Shown: positions 46,542 through 56,670 of the stretch, piece by piece
Numbering within the stretch: position 1 is the stretch's first letter
How the letters are laid out: the number at the start of each line of letters is the position of its first letter
Origin: an uncultured Candidatus Rokubacteria bacterium
Lineage (GTDB): Bacteria; Methylomirabilota; Methylomirabilia; Rokubacteriales; CSP1-6
Reading direction: 5' to 3'
DNA length: 64,000 nucleotides
NCBI GenBank assembly: GCA_963771355.1
Contig: CAVYTA010000006.1
Location: 1,408,001 to 1,472,000 of the forward strand
Notes under the pieces: generated by a model
What the model was told of the DNA's origin: nothing
What the model saw: the letters and a program-made list of their open reading frames with translations, nothing else
Database searches by the model: none
Translations under genes and position numbers: made by a program

Positions 46542-47915
46542 GTGATCGCGCTGAACCCGTTCATCTTCCGCGCCTACGACGTGCGGGGCAAGGTCGGCAT
46601 CGACATCACCCCCGAGGTGTTCGAGCCGGTCGGCCGCGCCTTCGGCACCCTCGTGCGGCGGCGCGGCGGACGGGCGGTGGCGCTGGGCAGGGATAACCGC
46701 GTCTCCTCCGGGGCCCTCAAGGAGGCCTTCGCCGCCGGCGTGCTCTCCACCGGGCTCGACGTGGTGGATATCGGGATCAACCACACGCCGCTCCTGTACT
46801 TCGCCACCGCGCACTGGCGTCTGGACGGCGGCGCCACCGTGACGGGCAGCCACAATCCCGTCTCCGACAACGGCGTGAAGATGGTGCACGCGGGGGCGGC
46901 GCCGCTCAGCGAGGAGGAGATCTCGGGTCTCCTCGCCACCATCGAGGCGGGCGACTTCGAGCGGGGCGCGGGCCGGCTCACCACGCGGGACCCGCGCGAG
47001 GACTACTTCAACGCCATCACCGCCCATGTCCGCCTCGGCCGCCGGCTGCGCGTGGTGGTGGACGCGGGCAACGGCGTCGCGGGAGTGTTCGCCCCGGAGC
47101 TGCTGCGCCGGCTCGGCTGCGAGGTCACCGAGCTGTACTGCGAGTCGGACGGCTCCTTCCCCCACCATCTCCCCGACCCCGAGATGGAGGAGAATGTCCG
47201 GGACCTCGTGGCCAAGGTGCGGGAGACGAACGCCGACGTGGGCATCGCCTACGACGGCGACGCCGACCGCGTGGGAGTCATCGACGAGCAAGGCCGCCGC
47301 CACGAAGCGGACCTCATCCTCGCGCTGCTCGCCCGGGATCTCCTCACGCGGCATCCCGGCGCCGCCATCGTGTTCGACGTCAAGTCTTCCCAGGTGCTCA
47401 TCGACGACATCCGCAAGCACGGAGGCCGCCCGGTGATGTGGAAGACCGGCCACTCCCACCTCAAGCGCAAGATGCGCGAGGACGGCATCCTCCTCGGGGG
47501 CGAGGTCTCCGGCCACATGTTCTTCGCCGAGAACTGGTACGGGGTGGACGACGGCATCCTCGCCTCGTGCAAGTTCCTCGAGCTGGTGGCCCGCGAGTCC
47601 AAGCCGGTGTCGGCGCATTTCGACAGCCTGCCCCATCTCTTCGCCACTCCCGAGCTCAAGGCGGCCTGTCCCGACGACAAGAAGTTCGCGGTGGTGGCGG
47701 CGCTCCAGCGGGACTTCACGCAGCGCTACGAGACGGTAGACATCGACGGGGTGCGCGTCATCTTTCCCGACGGCTGGGGGCTCGTGCGCGCGTCCAACAC
47801 CAACCCCTACCTCACCCTGCGCTTCGAGGCCACGAGCCGGCCCGCGCTCGAGGCCATGCAGAAGACGGTGTACGACGCCCTCCGGCGATACCCCGAGGTG
47901 ACGCTGCCCGCCTAG
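46542..47915 (+). CDS. Phosphomannomutase/phosphoglucomutase (AlgC-like)
   Basis: FRAYDVRG, TGSHNP, DGDADR, GEVSGH, VRASNT. Confidence 0.96.
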   Translation: MIALNPFIFRAYDVRGKVGIDITPEVFEPVGRAFGTLVRRRGGRAVALGRDNRVSSGALKEAFAAGVLSTGLDVVDIGINHTPLLYFATAHWRLDGGATVTGSHNPVSDNGVKMVHAGAAPLSEEEISGLLATIEAGDFERGAGRLTTRDPREDYFNAITAHVRLGRRLRVVVDAGNGVAGVFAPELLRRLGCEVTELYCESDGSFPHHLPDPEMEENVRDLVAKVRETNADVGIAYDGDADRVGVIDEQGRRHEADLILALLARDLLTRHPGAAIVFDVKSSQVLIDDIRKHGGRPVMWKTGHSHLKRKMREDGILLGGEVSGHMFFAENWYGVDDGILASCKFLELVARESKPVSAHFDSLPHLFATPELKAACPDDKKFAVVAALQRDFTQRYETVDIDGVRVIFPDGWGLVRASNTNPYLTLRFEATSRPALEAMQKTVYDALRRYPEVTLPA

Positions 47916-49087
47916 CGCATGTTGCCGGTATGCCCGAGCGAGTAGCGGCCGGGCTGGGGCCAGACGGTGAGGCCATGCGGCTCCTTGCCGGCCGGGATGC
48001 GCCGCACCTCGCCCGAGGTGGTATCGATCACGTAGACCACGTCGTCGTAGCGGCCGGACAGCCAGAGCTGCTTGCCGTCCGCGCTGACATTGCCCATGTC
48101 CGGGCTGCCCCCGCCGGGGATGACCCAGGTCGCCTCGATCTTCCGGGTGGCAAAGTCGATCACCGCCACGCTGCCCTTGCCCTTCGGCGGCCCGTACACC
48201 CGCGCCGTCCCCCGGTTGATGACGTAGAGCTTCTTCGCGTCCCGGCTGGGATAGAGCCCGTGTGAGCCCACGCCGGTGGCGATGAAGCCCACCTCGGTGA
48301 AGGTCTCCCCGTCCACCAAGAACACGCCACCCGACTGGAGCTCGGCCACGTAGAAGATCTTGCCGTCCGGCGCGGCGCGCACGTCCTGGGGCATGCGCCC
48401 CTTGGAGAGCTTGAGATACCCCAGCACCTTGCGGCCGACGAGGTCGATCTTGACCAGGCTCCCCTGATACTCGCAGGTGAAGATGACGAAGCGGCCGTCG
48501 ATGGAGAAGTCGGCGTGGTTGATGCCGGCGCAGCCCGGAGTGGGCAGGGACCACTGCATCGCCATGGTGTGAGGATCGCGGAAGTCCAGCCGCTTGAGCG
48601 CCTCCGCCACGATCACCGCCGACTTCCCGTCCGGCGTGAAGTACATGTTGTAGGGATCGTCCACCGCGATGGCCTTGCCGGGCTTGCCGGTGGTGGGATC
48701 GATGGGGGTGAGGCTCCCGTCGGTGCGGCCCTCGGCGTTGTTGGTGACCCAGAGAGTCTTGAGGTCCCACGACGGGACGATGTGCTGGGGATTGATCCCG
48801 ACCTTGAAGCGGTCCACGACCTTGAGCGTGGCGGGGTCGATGACGTAGACGTCATTGGACGTCCGGTTCGGGACGTACACCCGCGGCAGCGCCCCCGCCA
48901 CCGCGGGGCTCATGCGGCCGGCCTGGGTCTCGCTGTAGAGATTGGTGGGATCCACCACCGGGGGCATCCCGGGCAGCGGCTCCGCCGCGCGCCCCGCCGC
49001 GGCGACGACAGCCAGGACCGCGCACGCCACGGTGAAGCCGGCCAAGACCCGACGGTGCGACGCGCCCACGCCTCTCGTTCCGGTCAC
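47912..49087 (-). CDS. Exported YncE/YVTN beta-propeller protein
   Basis: Signal peptide, repeated YVxN..S..V.VID..T and PH/PQ motifs. Confidence 0.85.
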   Translation of the reverse strand: MTGTRGVGASHRRVLAGFTVACAVLAVVAAAGRAAEPLPGMPPVVDPTNLYSETQAGRMSPAVAGALPRVYVPNRTSNDVYVIDPATLKVVDRFKVGINPQHIVPSWDLKTLWVTNNAEGRTDGSLTPIDPTTGKPGKAIAVDDPYNMYFTPDGKSAVIVAEALKRLDFRDPHTMAMQWSLPTPGCAGINHADFSIDGRFVIFTCEYQGSLVKIDLVGRKVLGYLKLSKGRMPQDVRAAPDGKIFYVAELQSGGVFLVDGETFTEVGFIATGVGSHGLYPSRDAKKLYVINRGTARVYGPPKGKGSVAVIDFATRKIEATWVIPGGGSPDMGNVSADGKQLWLSGRYDDVVYVIDTTSGEVRRIPAGKEPHGLTVWPQPGRYSLGHTGNMR

Positions 49088-49114
49088 GGGATCTCCTCTG
49101 CGGCCTCGCCGCGT

Positions 49115-49924
49115 CTAGCGGCGGGCGGTGGCCTTCCTGATGGCGTCCACCGTCCGGGTCAGGATGGCGTCCGTGCCCAGCTTCCCCAGCGCGACGGTGG
49201 CCTTGCGGGGGTCGCCGTCCACCCCGTCCGACCGCTCGGACTCACCGCGAGGCTGCAGCCGGTCGGTCCGGACCAGCCGCGGGTCCACCGCGAGCGTCAG
49301 CGACGTGTCGGCCAGGCCCGCGTGCTTCCCCACCTCGTCCTCGCGAAAGCCCCGCTCGCGAAGCAGGCGCGGGAACTCCCCCGCCGCCGCCCGGTAGTAC
49401 TCCTCGCCGGCATGGACACGAACCGCCGAGTCCCTCCACTCGCGGTTGAGCCGGGCCGTCACCGCGCGCTGCCCCGCCTGGGTCGAGCCCGAATCGCCCA
49501 GGAACACGATGTCCCGGAAGCCGTGGAGTCGGAAGCTCCGCGCGGCAGACTCGATCACCTTCTCGAACGCATCCTCCGGTAGCGTGATGGTGCCGGGGAA
49601 GCGCATGTGACCGGTGGGCGGATTCAGCCCGCCCTCCGGCACGTAGGCGAGCACCGGCGCCACCAGAGCGTCGCCGAGCCCGCGCGCGACCTGCTCGGAG
49701 AGTGCCCGCACCCGCGCATTGTGCTTGCCCAGGGCCAGGTGCGGGCCGCTCTGCTCGGTGCCGCCCAGAGGGACCAGGATGGTCGTCTTGCCGACCTTGA
49801 GCAGGTCGCGCACCTCCGTCCACGTGAGCTCCTCCAGGAGCACGGTGTCGGGCGCCTGCGCCCACGCGGGGACGCATCCGACCAGCATCAGGCCCAGGAC
49901 CAGCGGCAGTGCCTTCGCCCGCAT
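49115..49924 (-). CDS. Exported creatininase-family protein
   Basis: Signal peptide; LEELTW.EV, P.GGTEQ.GPH, FPGTI, HAG..DTS. Confidence 0.85.
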   Translation of the reverse strand: MRAKALPLVLGLMLVGCVPAWAQAPDTVLLEELTWTEVRDLLKVGKTTILVPLGGTEQSGPHLALGKHNARVRALSEQVARGLGDALVAPVLAYVPEGGLNPPTGHMRFPGTITLPEDAFEKVIESAARSFRLHGFRDIVFLGDSGSTQAGQRAVTARLNREWRDSAVRVHAGEEYYRAAAGEFPRLLRERGFREDEVGKHAGLADTSLTLAVDPRLVRTDRLQPRGESERSDGVDGDPRKATVALGKLGTDAILTRTVDAIRKATARR

Positions 49925-49964
49925 GCGTCCAGCGTACAGGATGCGCCGCGCGGGAGCCAAGCCA

Positions 49965-50690
49965 TCAGATCCGTTCGCCGAGCAGAATCTCGACGGCGTG
50001 ATCCGCGTCGCGCGCGCGGGGGCAGTCGCGGACGCCCCAGTAGCCCCGCGGGTCGATCAGCACCGCCGCGAGCCCCGCCGTCCGCGCGCCCAGCACGTCC
50101 ACCGAGTACAGGTCGCCCACATAGGCTGCCTCCGACGCCTCCACGCCCGCCCGGGCCAGGCCGAGCGCGAAGATGCGCGGGTCGGGCTTCTCGACGCCGA
50201 CCTCGGAGGAGTCGATGACGAAGTCGATGTGCGCGTCGAGGCCGTGAGCCTCGAGGGTGCCCCGCACGGTGCCATTGGAATTGGAGATCACGCCCACCGC
50301 CAGGCCGGCGGCCCGGGCGCGCGCGAGCGCGGCGGCGGCGCGCGGGTCGGCGCGGGTCCAGAGGCCGATCGGCGCGTTGTAGTCGCGGCGCCAGCGCTCC
50401 AGCGCCGCCACCTCCGCCTCCGCGGTCACGCCGAGATGCTCCAGCAGGTAGCGGAGATAACGGCCGTGGGTGTCGCGGCTCTCGGTGGATGCGGCGGGGG
50501 CGAGGTGGGGATCGAGGCGCACGCGCGCCCGGAGCTCGGCGTCCTCGATGGCGGCGGGATCCCGCACGTGGCCCCGCTCGGCCAGCGCGTCCGCGATCGC
50601 GGCGTAGTCGATCCGGATCAGCGTGTTGCCGGCGTCGAAGAGAACGGCGCGCGGGGCCCGTGTCGGCGGTGTCGGTGTCGAAGAACCCAT
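49965..50690 (-). CDS. HAD-IA family hydrolase
   Basis: FDAGNTL, VISN, EKPDPRIF, YVGD...D. Confidence 0.92.
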   Translation of the reverse strand: MGSSTPTPPTRAPRAVLFDAGNTLIRIDYAAIADALAERGHVRDPAAIEDAELRARVRLDPHLAPAASTESRDTHGRYLRYLLEHLGVTAEAEVAALERWRRDYNAPIGLWTRADPRAAAALARARAAGLAVGVISNSNGTVRGTLEAHGLDAHIDFVIDSSEVGVEKPDPRIFALGLARAGVEASEAAYVGDLYSVDVLGARTAGLAAVLIDPRGYWGVRDCPRARDADHAVEILLGERI

Positions 50691-50724
50691 GACGTGTGAA
50701 CGCCTTCATTATAATGGCGGAGCG

Positions 50725-50931
50725 ATGCCGTGCCTGCTCCGTGTCATGCCCGCCGCCGTGCTGCTGCCGGCGCTCTCGGCAACCTCCGTCCTGGCCGATC
50801 ACGGCGGTCCGCTGCGCGACGCCCCCATGAGTCCCCTCACGCTCGCCCTCTTGGCGGGCGGCGCGGTGCTCGCCGGCGGCGTTCTCGTGGTGATCATCGT
50901 GCGGGCGTTGACCGCAAAGGGGGAAGAGTGA
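50725..50931 (+). CDS. Small exported/membrane protein with His near the mature N-terminus
   Basis: Signal-like segment ..VLA-DHGG followed by one TM; GTGA-coupled to the CopD fusion. Confidence 0.6.
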   Translation: MPCLLRVMPAAVLLPALSATSVLADHGGPLRDAPMSPLTLALLAGGAVLAGGVLVVIIVRALTAKGEE

Positions 50932-52949
50932 CCGCGGTCGCCGCCGCGCTGCGCTGGGCGCATCTCCTCTTCGCCTTCCTCCTCGTCGGCATCTTCGGGC
51001 TCACCCTCCTGGCCGGCCGCGCCACGCACCCCACGCCGCGGGCCTGGGAGGCGCGCATGCTGGCCTGGAGCCGGCGCGCCGCGCTGGCCGCGCTCGGCTC
51101 GGGGGTGCTGCTGCTCGCGCTGCAGGCCGCGCATGTGGCGGGACGCGCCGGCGCGGCACTCGAGCCCGCGGCCTGGATCGGCGTGCTCCTCGGCACGCAG
51201 TTCGGCGCGGTCTGGCTGCTGCGCATGGGCGTGATCCTTCTCCTCACCGCCCTGCTCCTGCTTCGCGAGCGGGAAGACTCCACCGCGGACTGGGCGGCCC
51301 TGCGCGTGGAGGGCTGGCTGCTCGCCGCCGTCGCCGCGGGCGCGCTGGCCTGGGCCGGCCATGCCGCGGCGGTGGAGCCCAGCGGCCGCCTGGCCCTGGC
51401 CGGCGATCTCCTCCATCTGGTCGCCGCCGGCGTCTGGCTCGGCGCGCTCGCGCCGCTGGTTGCGCTGCTCCGCGCCGCCGCCACGCCGGCCGGCGCGGAC
51501 GGACGCCCGCACGCGGTCCTGGTGGTGCGCCGCTTCTCGCAGCTCGCGCTCGTCGCCATGCTGACCCTCATCGCCACCGGGCTCTGGAATACCTGGATGC
51601 AGGTCGGCGATGTGCCCTCGCTGATCGGCACGCGCTACGGCTGGCTGCTGCTCGCCAAGCTCGCGCTGCTCGGGCCCATCCTGGTGCTGGCGGCGGTGAA
51701 CCGCCGACGGCTCCTCCCCGCGCTCTCGGGCGAGGCCGTCACGGTGGGCCGCCCCGCCATGACGCGGCTGGCCCGGTTCGTCAGCTTCGAGTGCCTGCTC
51801 GCGCTGGCCATCGTGGCCGTGGTCGCCGCGCTCGCGGTCACGCCGCCGGGCCGGCACGACACCCCCTGGTGGCCCCTGTCGTTCCGCCTCTCGTGGGAGG
51901 CCACCGCCGGCCTGCCCGGCGTGCGAACCCGCTTCCTCATCGGCAGCCAGATCGCGGTCGCCGGGCTGCTCGCGCTCGCGGTGGCGCTGGTGATCGCGCG
52001 GGCGCGCCTGCTGGCCGCGGCGGCGGGCCTGCTGCTCCTCGCCATCGGGTTGGCCACGGCGCTGCCCCCGCTCTCCGTGGACGCCTACCCGACCACCTAC
52101 CGACGGACGGCGGTGCCCTTTCACGCGTCGTCGATCAGCCGCGGGCTCGAGCTCTATCGCGGCCACTGCGCGGCCTGTCACGGCGTCGCGGGCTGGGGGG
52201 ACGGGCCCGGCGGCGCCGGGCTTCCCCGGAAGCCGGCCGACCTCACCGCGGCGCACACCGCCCAGCACACCGCGGGCGACATGTTCTGGTGGATCACCCG
52301 CGGCATCCCGGCCGGGGGCATGCCGGGCTTCGCGGCGGCGCTTTCCGAGGAAGACCGCTGGGACCTGATCAACTTCATCCGCGCGCTGTCCGCGGCCGAC
52401 AGCGCGCGCATGCTGAGCCCGGCCGTCGAGCCGAACCGTCCGCGCGTCATCGCTCCGGACGCCACCACCGTCCTGGGGCCCCTGCCCGCGAGGAGCCTCA
52501 AGGAGTTTCGAGGCACTCGATCCGTACTCCTTGTATTCTTTACGCTTCCTGATTCGAAGCGACGCCTGGAGCTGCTCGCCCGGAGCTACGAGACCCTCCA
52601 GGCGCTGAACATCGAGATCGTGGCCGTGCCGCTCGACGGCGGCGACGGCGTGCTCTCCCGGCTCGGGGGAAACCCGCCGATCTACTTCCCCGTGGTGACG
52701 GAGGGAAGCGAGGAGATCGCGCGAGCCTATGGGCTCTTCCGGCGTACGCTCTCGCCGGAGGGCATGACGCCGGATCCCCCGATGCCGTCACACATGGAGC
52801 TGCTCATCGACCGGGCCGGCTACCTGCGGGCTCGCTGGATTCCGGGGGCCGGTGGCCCCGGCTGGGCCTCGCTGCCCGCGCTCCTCGCCGAGATCCAGCA
52901 GCTCAATCGCGAGACACCCGCGCCTCCACCCGCCGAGCACGTGCACTAG
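50928..52949 (+). CDS. CopD family copper protein fused to cytochrome c and a C-terminal redoxin-like domain
   Basis: GHAAA, LHLVAAGVWLG, RFS, T.YG.LL..K (CopD); CAACH...MPGF (haem c); SL.EFRG..VLLVFF...LIDRAGYLRARW. Confidence 0.88.
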   Translation: MTAVAAALRWAHLLFAFLLVGIFGLTLLAGRATHPTPRAWEARMLAWSRRAALAALGSGVLLLALQAAHVAGRAGAALEPAAWIGVLLGTQFGAVWLLRMGVILLLTALLLLREREDSTADWAALRVEGWLLAAVAAGALAWAGHAAAVEPSGRLALAGDLLHLVAAGVWLGALAPLVALLRAAATPAGADGRPHAVLVVRRFSQLALVAMLTLIATGLWNTWMQVGDVPSLIGTRYGWLLLAKLALLGPILVLAAVNRRRLLPALSGEAVTVGRPAMTRLARFVSFECLLALAIVAVVAALAVTPPGRHDTPWWPLSFRLSWEATAGLPGVRTRFLIGSQIAVAGLLALAVALVIARARLLAAAAGLLLLAIGLATALPPLSVDAYPTTYRRTAVPFHASSISRGLELYRGHCAACHGVAGWGDGPGGAGLPRKPADLTAAHTAQHTAGDMFWWITRGIPAGGMPGFAAALSEEDRWDLINFIRALSAADSARMLSPAVEPNRPRVIAPDATTVLGPLPARSLKEFRGTRSVLLVFFTLPDSKRRLELLARSYETLQALNIEIVAVPLDGGDGVLSRLGGNPPIYFPVVTEGSEEIARAYGLFRRTLSPEGMTPDPPMPSHMELLIDRAGYLRARWIPGAGGPGWASLPALLAEIQQLNRETPAPPPAEHVH

Positions 52950-52950
52950 C

Positions 52951-53328
52951 ATGCGGCTCTGGCGAGTCATCCTGCTGGTCAACCTCGCGCTGGTGCTGGG
53001 CCTGCTCCTGGGATATCTCGCCTGGGGCCGGCCGCTGGACGCGACGCAGCGGGAGCTGGCCGAGCTGCGGGGCCAGGCGGTGCCCGTCGGCGTGGAGCGT
53101 GTGCTGCGCGCGCGCGGCGTGGTGCGGGCCGTGGTGCCCGAGATCAACGTGATCGTGCTCTCCCACGAGGAGATCGCGGGCTTCATGCCCCCGATGACCA
53201 TGGGCTTCCGCGCGCAGGAGGGCAAGCTCCTCGACGGCGTGCAGGTGGGGGACGTGCTCACCTTCACCCTGCGCGGCGTTCCCCCCAATCTCGTGCTCAC
53301 CGAGCTCCGGAAAGAGGGCCGGCTCTGA
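52951..53328 (+). CDS. CusF-like copper-binding protein with N-terminal membrane anchor
   Basis: LSHEEI.GFMPPMTMGF...VGD...F. Confidence 0.85.
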   Translation: MRLWRVILLVNLALVLGLLLGYLAWGRPLDATQRELAELRGQAVPVGVERVLRARGVVRAVVPEINVIVLSHEEIAGFMPPMTMGFRAQEGKLLDGVQVGDVLTFTLRGVPPNLVLTELRKEGRL

Positions 53329-53756
53329 TGCGGCGACGCGCCGGCGCCGTCCTCCTCGCCGCGGCGCTCGCGGCGGCGGGGCCGGTGCTCGCCGGCCACA
53401 CGCCCGGCGCCTCCTTCCCCACCCTGCGCTCCGACGCCGTGAAGCGGCTGCTCGACGTCCGGGAGCCGCTGGTGCTCGTGGACATGCGCAAGCCGGCGGA
53501 GTACCGCGCGGGCCATCTGCCGGGGGCGATCTCGCTGCCCATCACCGAGCTGGAGCGCCGCTATCGCGAGATCCCCAAGGGCCCGCGGGTGATCCTCTAC
53601 TGCGGCTGCCCGCTCGAGGAGATGGGAAGCGTCCACGCCTTTCTCGCCGGCCTCGGCTGGAAGAACCACGTCGTGCTCGAGGACGGCTTCGAGGGCTGGT
53701 ACAAGAGCCAGTATCCCCGTCGTGAAGTAGCCGCCGCGCCCCGACTTCCGAATTGA
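53328..53756 (+). CDS. Exported rhodanese-like protein
   Basis: VDMR...EY..GHLPGA, LYCGCP, L..GFEGW. Confidence 0.9.
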   Translation: MRRRAGAVLLAAALAAAGPVLAGHTPGASFPTLRSDAVKRLLDVREPLVLVDMRKPAEYRAGHLPGAISLPITELERRYREIPKGPRVILYCGCPLEEMGSVHAFLAGLGWKNHVVLEDGFEGWYKSQYPRREVAAAPRLPN

Positions 53757-53819
53757 GGACGGCGCGGGTGAGGTAGTGTCGCAGCCTGATCCGCACCGTG
53801 CTCCGATCGAGGTGATTCC

Positions 53820-55263
53820 ATGGGCCGTTTGATCGTCGTCTGCCGTGGCCGTCGTCACGCTCGCCGGGTCGCCCGCCTCCGCGCCAGGACGTGGAATCCC
53901 TCCGCCGCGAGGTCGAGGCCCTGCGGAAGCAGCTCCAGTCCGTCACCGAGCGCTTGCAGGCCATGGAGGCGCGTCCGGCCCGCCCGCGCCGCACATTCCC
54001 GCCCCTGCCCGCCGGCCCCTCGCCGCGACGCCGGTCGCCGCGCCCGCCCGGCCGCCCCGCGCTCGCGACGCGGCCCCCGTCGCCCAGGCCCCCACGGCAA
54101 TCGTCCGCGCCGCCGCCCGCCCCCGGGCTCGCCGACTATGCGCGCCCGCACCAGCCTTTCTCGCTGGCCGAGCGCCGCGGGCCCGGCCAGCTCCTCTTCG
54201 ACATCGGGCTCAGCGCGGATTTCGTGGGCAACCTCACCCAGCGGAACGTGGAGAAGGCCCAGGGCGGCACCTTCGCCGGCCAGGAGAACCGCTTCTTCCC
54301 GCGCGCGATCGAGCTGGGGCTGTTCGGGCAGATCGACCCCTATGCGCGCGGCGTGGTGCGGTTCGAGGCCGGCGAGACGGTGGAGGACGGCGAGCGCGGC
54401 TTCCACGTGGAGGTCTCGGAGGCGCATCTCACCCTCCTCACCTTGCCCTTCAATACCCAGCTCAAGCTGGGCCGCATGCTCAACCGCTTCGGCATGCTCA
54501 ACCAGATCCACGAGGACGATCTGCCCCAGACCGATCGCCCCAATGTCCTCGCGCGCTTCCTCGGGCGCGGAAGGCCTCGAACGAGAACGGCGCGGAGCTC
54601 ACCTGGGTGGCGCCTCTGCCCTTCTACCTCGAGGCGCTGGTGGGCGTCTTCGACGGGCGACAACGAGGTCGCGTTCGGCCGCGGCAGCCTGCGCGCGCCC
54701 CCTGCGTCACCGCGCGCCTCCGCACCTTCTTCGAGCTCGACGACGCCAATGCCATCCAGCTCGGCAGTCTCCGCCGCCAATGGCGAGACGCCCGAGAAGC
54801 ACCGCAACACCCTGACGGGCGTCGACCTCAAGTACAAGCTGGTGCCGGAGGGCTGGCGGCACCCGCTGCTCACGCGTGGCCGGCGAGGCTCTCTTCGCGA
54901 ACCGGAAGGTCGACGTCATGGGCGACTCCGACGGCGACGGGATCGCCGACGTGGTCGGGACGACGCACCCGCAAGCGCTGGGGCTGGTACGCGTACGCGG
55001 AGCTCCAGCCGTGGCAGCGCTGGGCGCTCGGCTTCCGCTACGACTGGACGCAGTACCCGACGGCGCCGGGCAGCGAATGGGCGGTGGAGCCCTACGTGAC
55101 CTTCAAGCCGTCCGACTTCCTCCGCTTCCGCCTCGCCTACAAGCACACCGAGCGGACGCATCGGGTCACCGGGCCGGACGACCGCGGCAGCGCGCGCGTC
55201 GTGGACGAGATCCTCTTCCAGGCGACCTTCCTTCTCGGCGCGCATCCGACCGATGCGTTCTAG
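53820..55263 (+). CDS. Putative outer-membrane metal porin, copy 1 (several frameshifts as sequenced)
   Basis: Collinear with the intact paralog at 56671 across three frames; coiled-coil N-terminus, beta-strand pattern, C-terminal Phe (GAHPTDAF). Confidence 0.75.
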
Positions 55264-55282
55264 CGAGGAGCACACATGTCGG

Positions 55283-56194
55283 ATGCGCGCCCTGGCTCTC
55301 CTGCTCGCGCTGGCGCTCGGCGCTGCTGGTGGACACCGCCGCGGCCGCCGACCGGATCCGCGTGGTCGCCACCATCAACGACCACCGGCTGCTCGTCGAG
55401 GCGGTGGGCGGCGACCTGGTGGAGGTGGACGTCCTCGCCCGCCCCGCCCAGAATCCCGACGACCTCGAGGTCCGCCCCAGCCACATGGCCAAGGTGCGGC
55501 GCGCCGATCTGCTGGTGATCAACGGGCTCGACGTCGATGCCTGGGTGGAGGCGGTGGTGGTGGGCGCGAACAATCCGAAGGTCATCCCGGGCGCCGCCGG
55601 GCGGGTCGATGTCTCGCGCGGCATCCCCGTGCTGGAAGTCCCCACCACCAAGGTGGACCGCTCCATGGGCGACGTGCATCCCGCCGGGAATCCCCACTAC
55701 TATCTCGATCCCGGGCTCACGCCGCTCACCACCGGCACGATCCTCGAGGCCCTCGCGCGGGTGGCGCCCCAGCACCGCGCGACCTTCGAGGCCAATCGCC
55801 AGGCCTTCCTCGCCCGCGTCGAGCGCGGCGCTGGCGGGCTGGCAGCGGGCGCTGAGCCGCTTCCGCGGCGCGCCGGTGGTGGTCTACCACAAGGAGTGGG
55901 CGTATCTCCTGTCGCGCTTCGAGATCCGCCAGGTGGACACGGTGGAGGATCGCCCCGGCATCCCGCCCTCGCCCGGGTCACCTCGTCCAGCTCATCCGCC
56001 GCATGCGCGACGAGAAGATCAAGGCCATCCTCGTCTCGGCGTGGAACGACCGGAGAACCGCCGAGCGCGTGGCCGCCGAGGCGGGCGCGCGGGTCGTCCT
56101 GCTCGCCCATGGCGCGGGCGCGCTCAAGGGGACGGACACGTACTTCGACTTCTTCGACTACAACGTCAAGGCGCTGATCCAGGCGCTGGAGTGA
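55283..56194 (+). CDS. Metal ABC transporter substrate-binding protein (cluster A-I), copy 1 (frameshifted)
   Basis: IRVVAT, QNPDDLEVRPS, NGL, GDVHPAGNPHYY.DP, VYH. Confidence 0.82.
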
Positions 56195-56241
56195 CCCCGC
56201 CATTTGCGCGCGCGGAGATCGCGGGTGTATAAGGACGAGCC

Positions 56242-56564
56242 ATGAGCTCCCGCCATGCGGCGCATCCTCTCGGTCCACTCCGCGGAGCCTCGGATTCGTG
56301 GTGCTGCTCGCGGTCGCGCTGGTCGCGCTGCTCGTCGCAGGGCGGCCAGCTCCCCACGTTCACGAGAGCGACACGCTCGGGCTCTACAACGAGCAGCACG
56401 TCGTCCAGGGGCTCGCCGCGCTCACGAACGGGGCGCCGCTGCCCGACGCGCCCGCTGCCGCGTATCTGCTGCTCGTGGTGGCGACGGCGGCGATGGTCGA
56501 GGGGCTTCGCCTCGCCGTCCCCGCCGCCCGTCACGCCGCCCCCCGCGCTCCGCCCGTCCGCTAG
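56242..56564 (+). CDS. Leader ORF: signal/TM segment, HxH...H, C-terminal RAPP (DUF2946/CruR/CutF-like arrest-peptide architecture)
   Basis: Frame 56298-56564 reads VVLLAVALVALLVAG.PAPHVHE.....YNEQH...AAPRAPPVR*; true start (56242, 56255 or 56298) unclear; TTGCGC-N18-TATAAG promoter just upstream. Confidence 0.7.
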
Positions 56565-56670
56565 CCTCCCCCGCGCGCTCGAAACCCGACCTCCGTCCGG
56601 CGGCATTCCGCCGTCCGGCCGCACTCGGTCATCACCCACGGGTTTCCCTTCGAACAGGGAGGAGTCTCTC
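56565..56670 (+). promoter_or_regulatory. Structured intergenic leader sequestering the porin RBS
   Basis: CCTCCC (56565-70) complementary to GGGAGG (56657-62); inner stem GAAACCCG (56581-88)/CGGGTTTC (56639-46). Confidence 0.65.

Noticed and set aside
53596..53615. Additional selenocysteine codons in the rhodanese or TlpA
   Set aside because: Both use ordinary Cys codons (YCGCP; WCKVC). I noticed no other in-frame UGA at a catalytic position.
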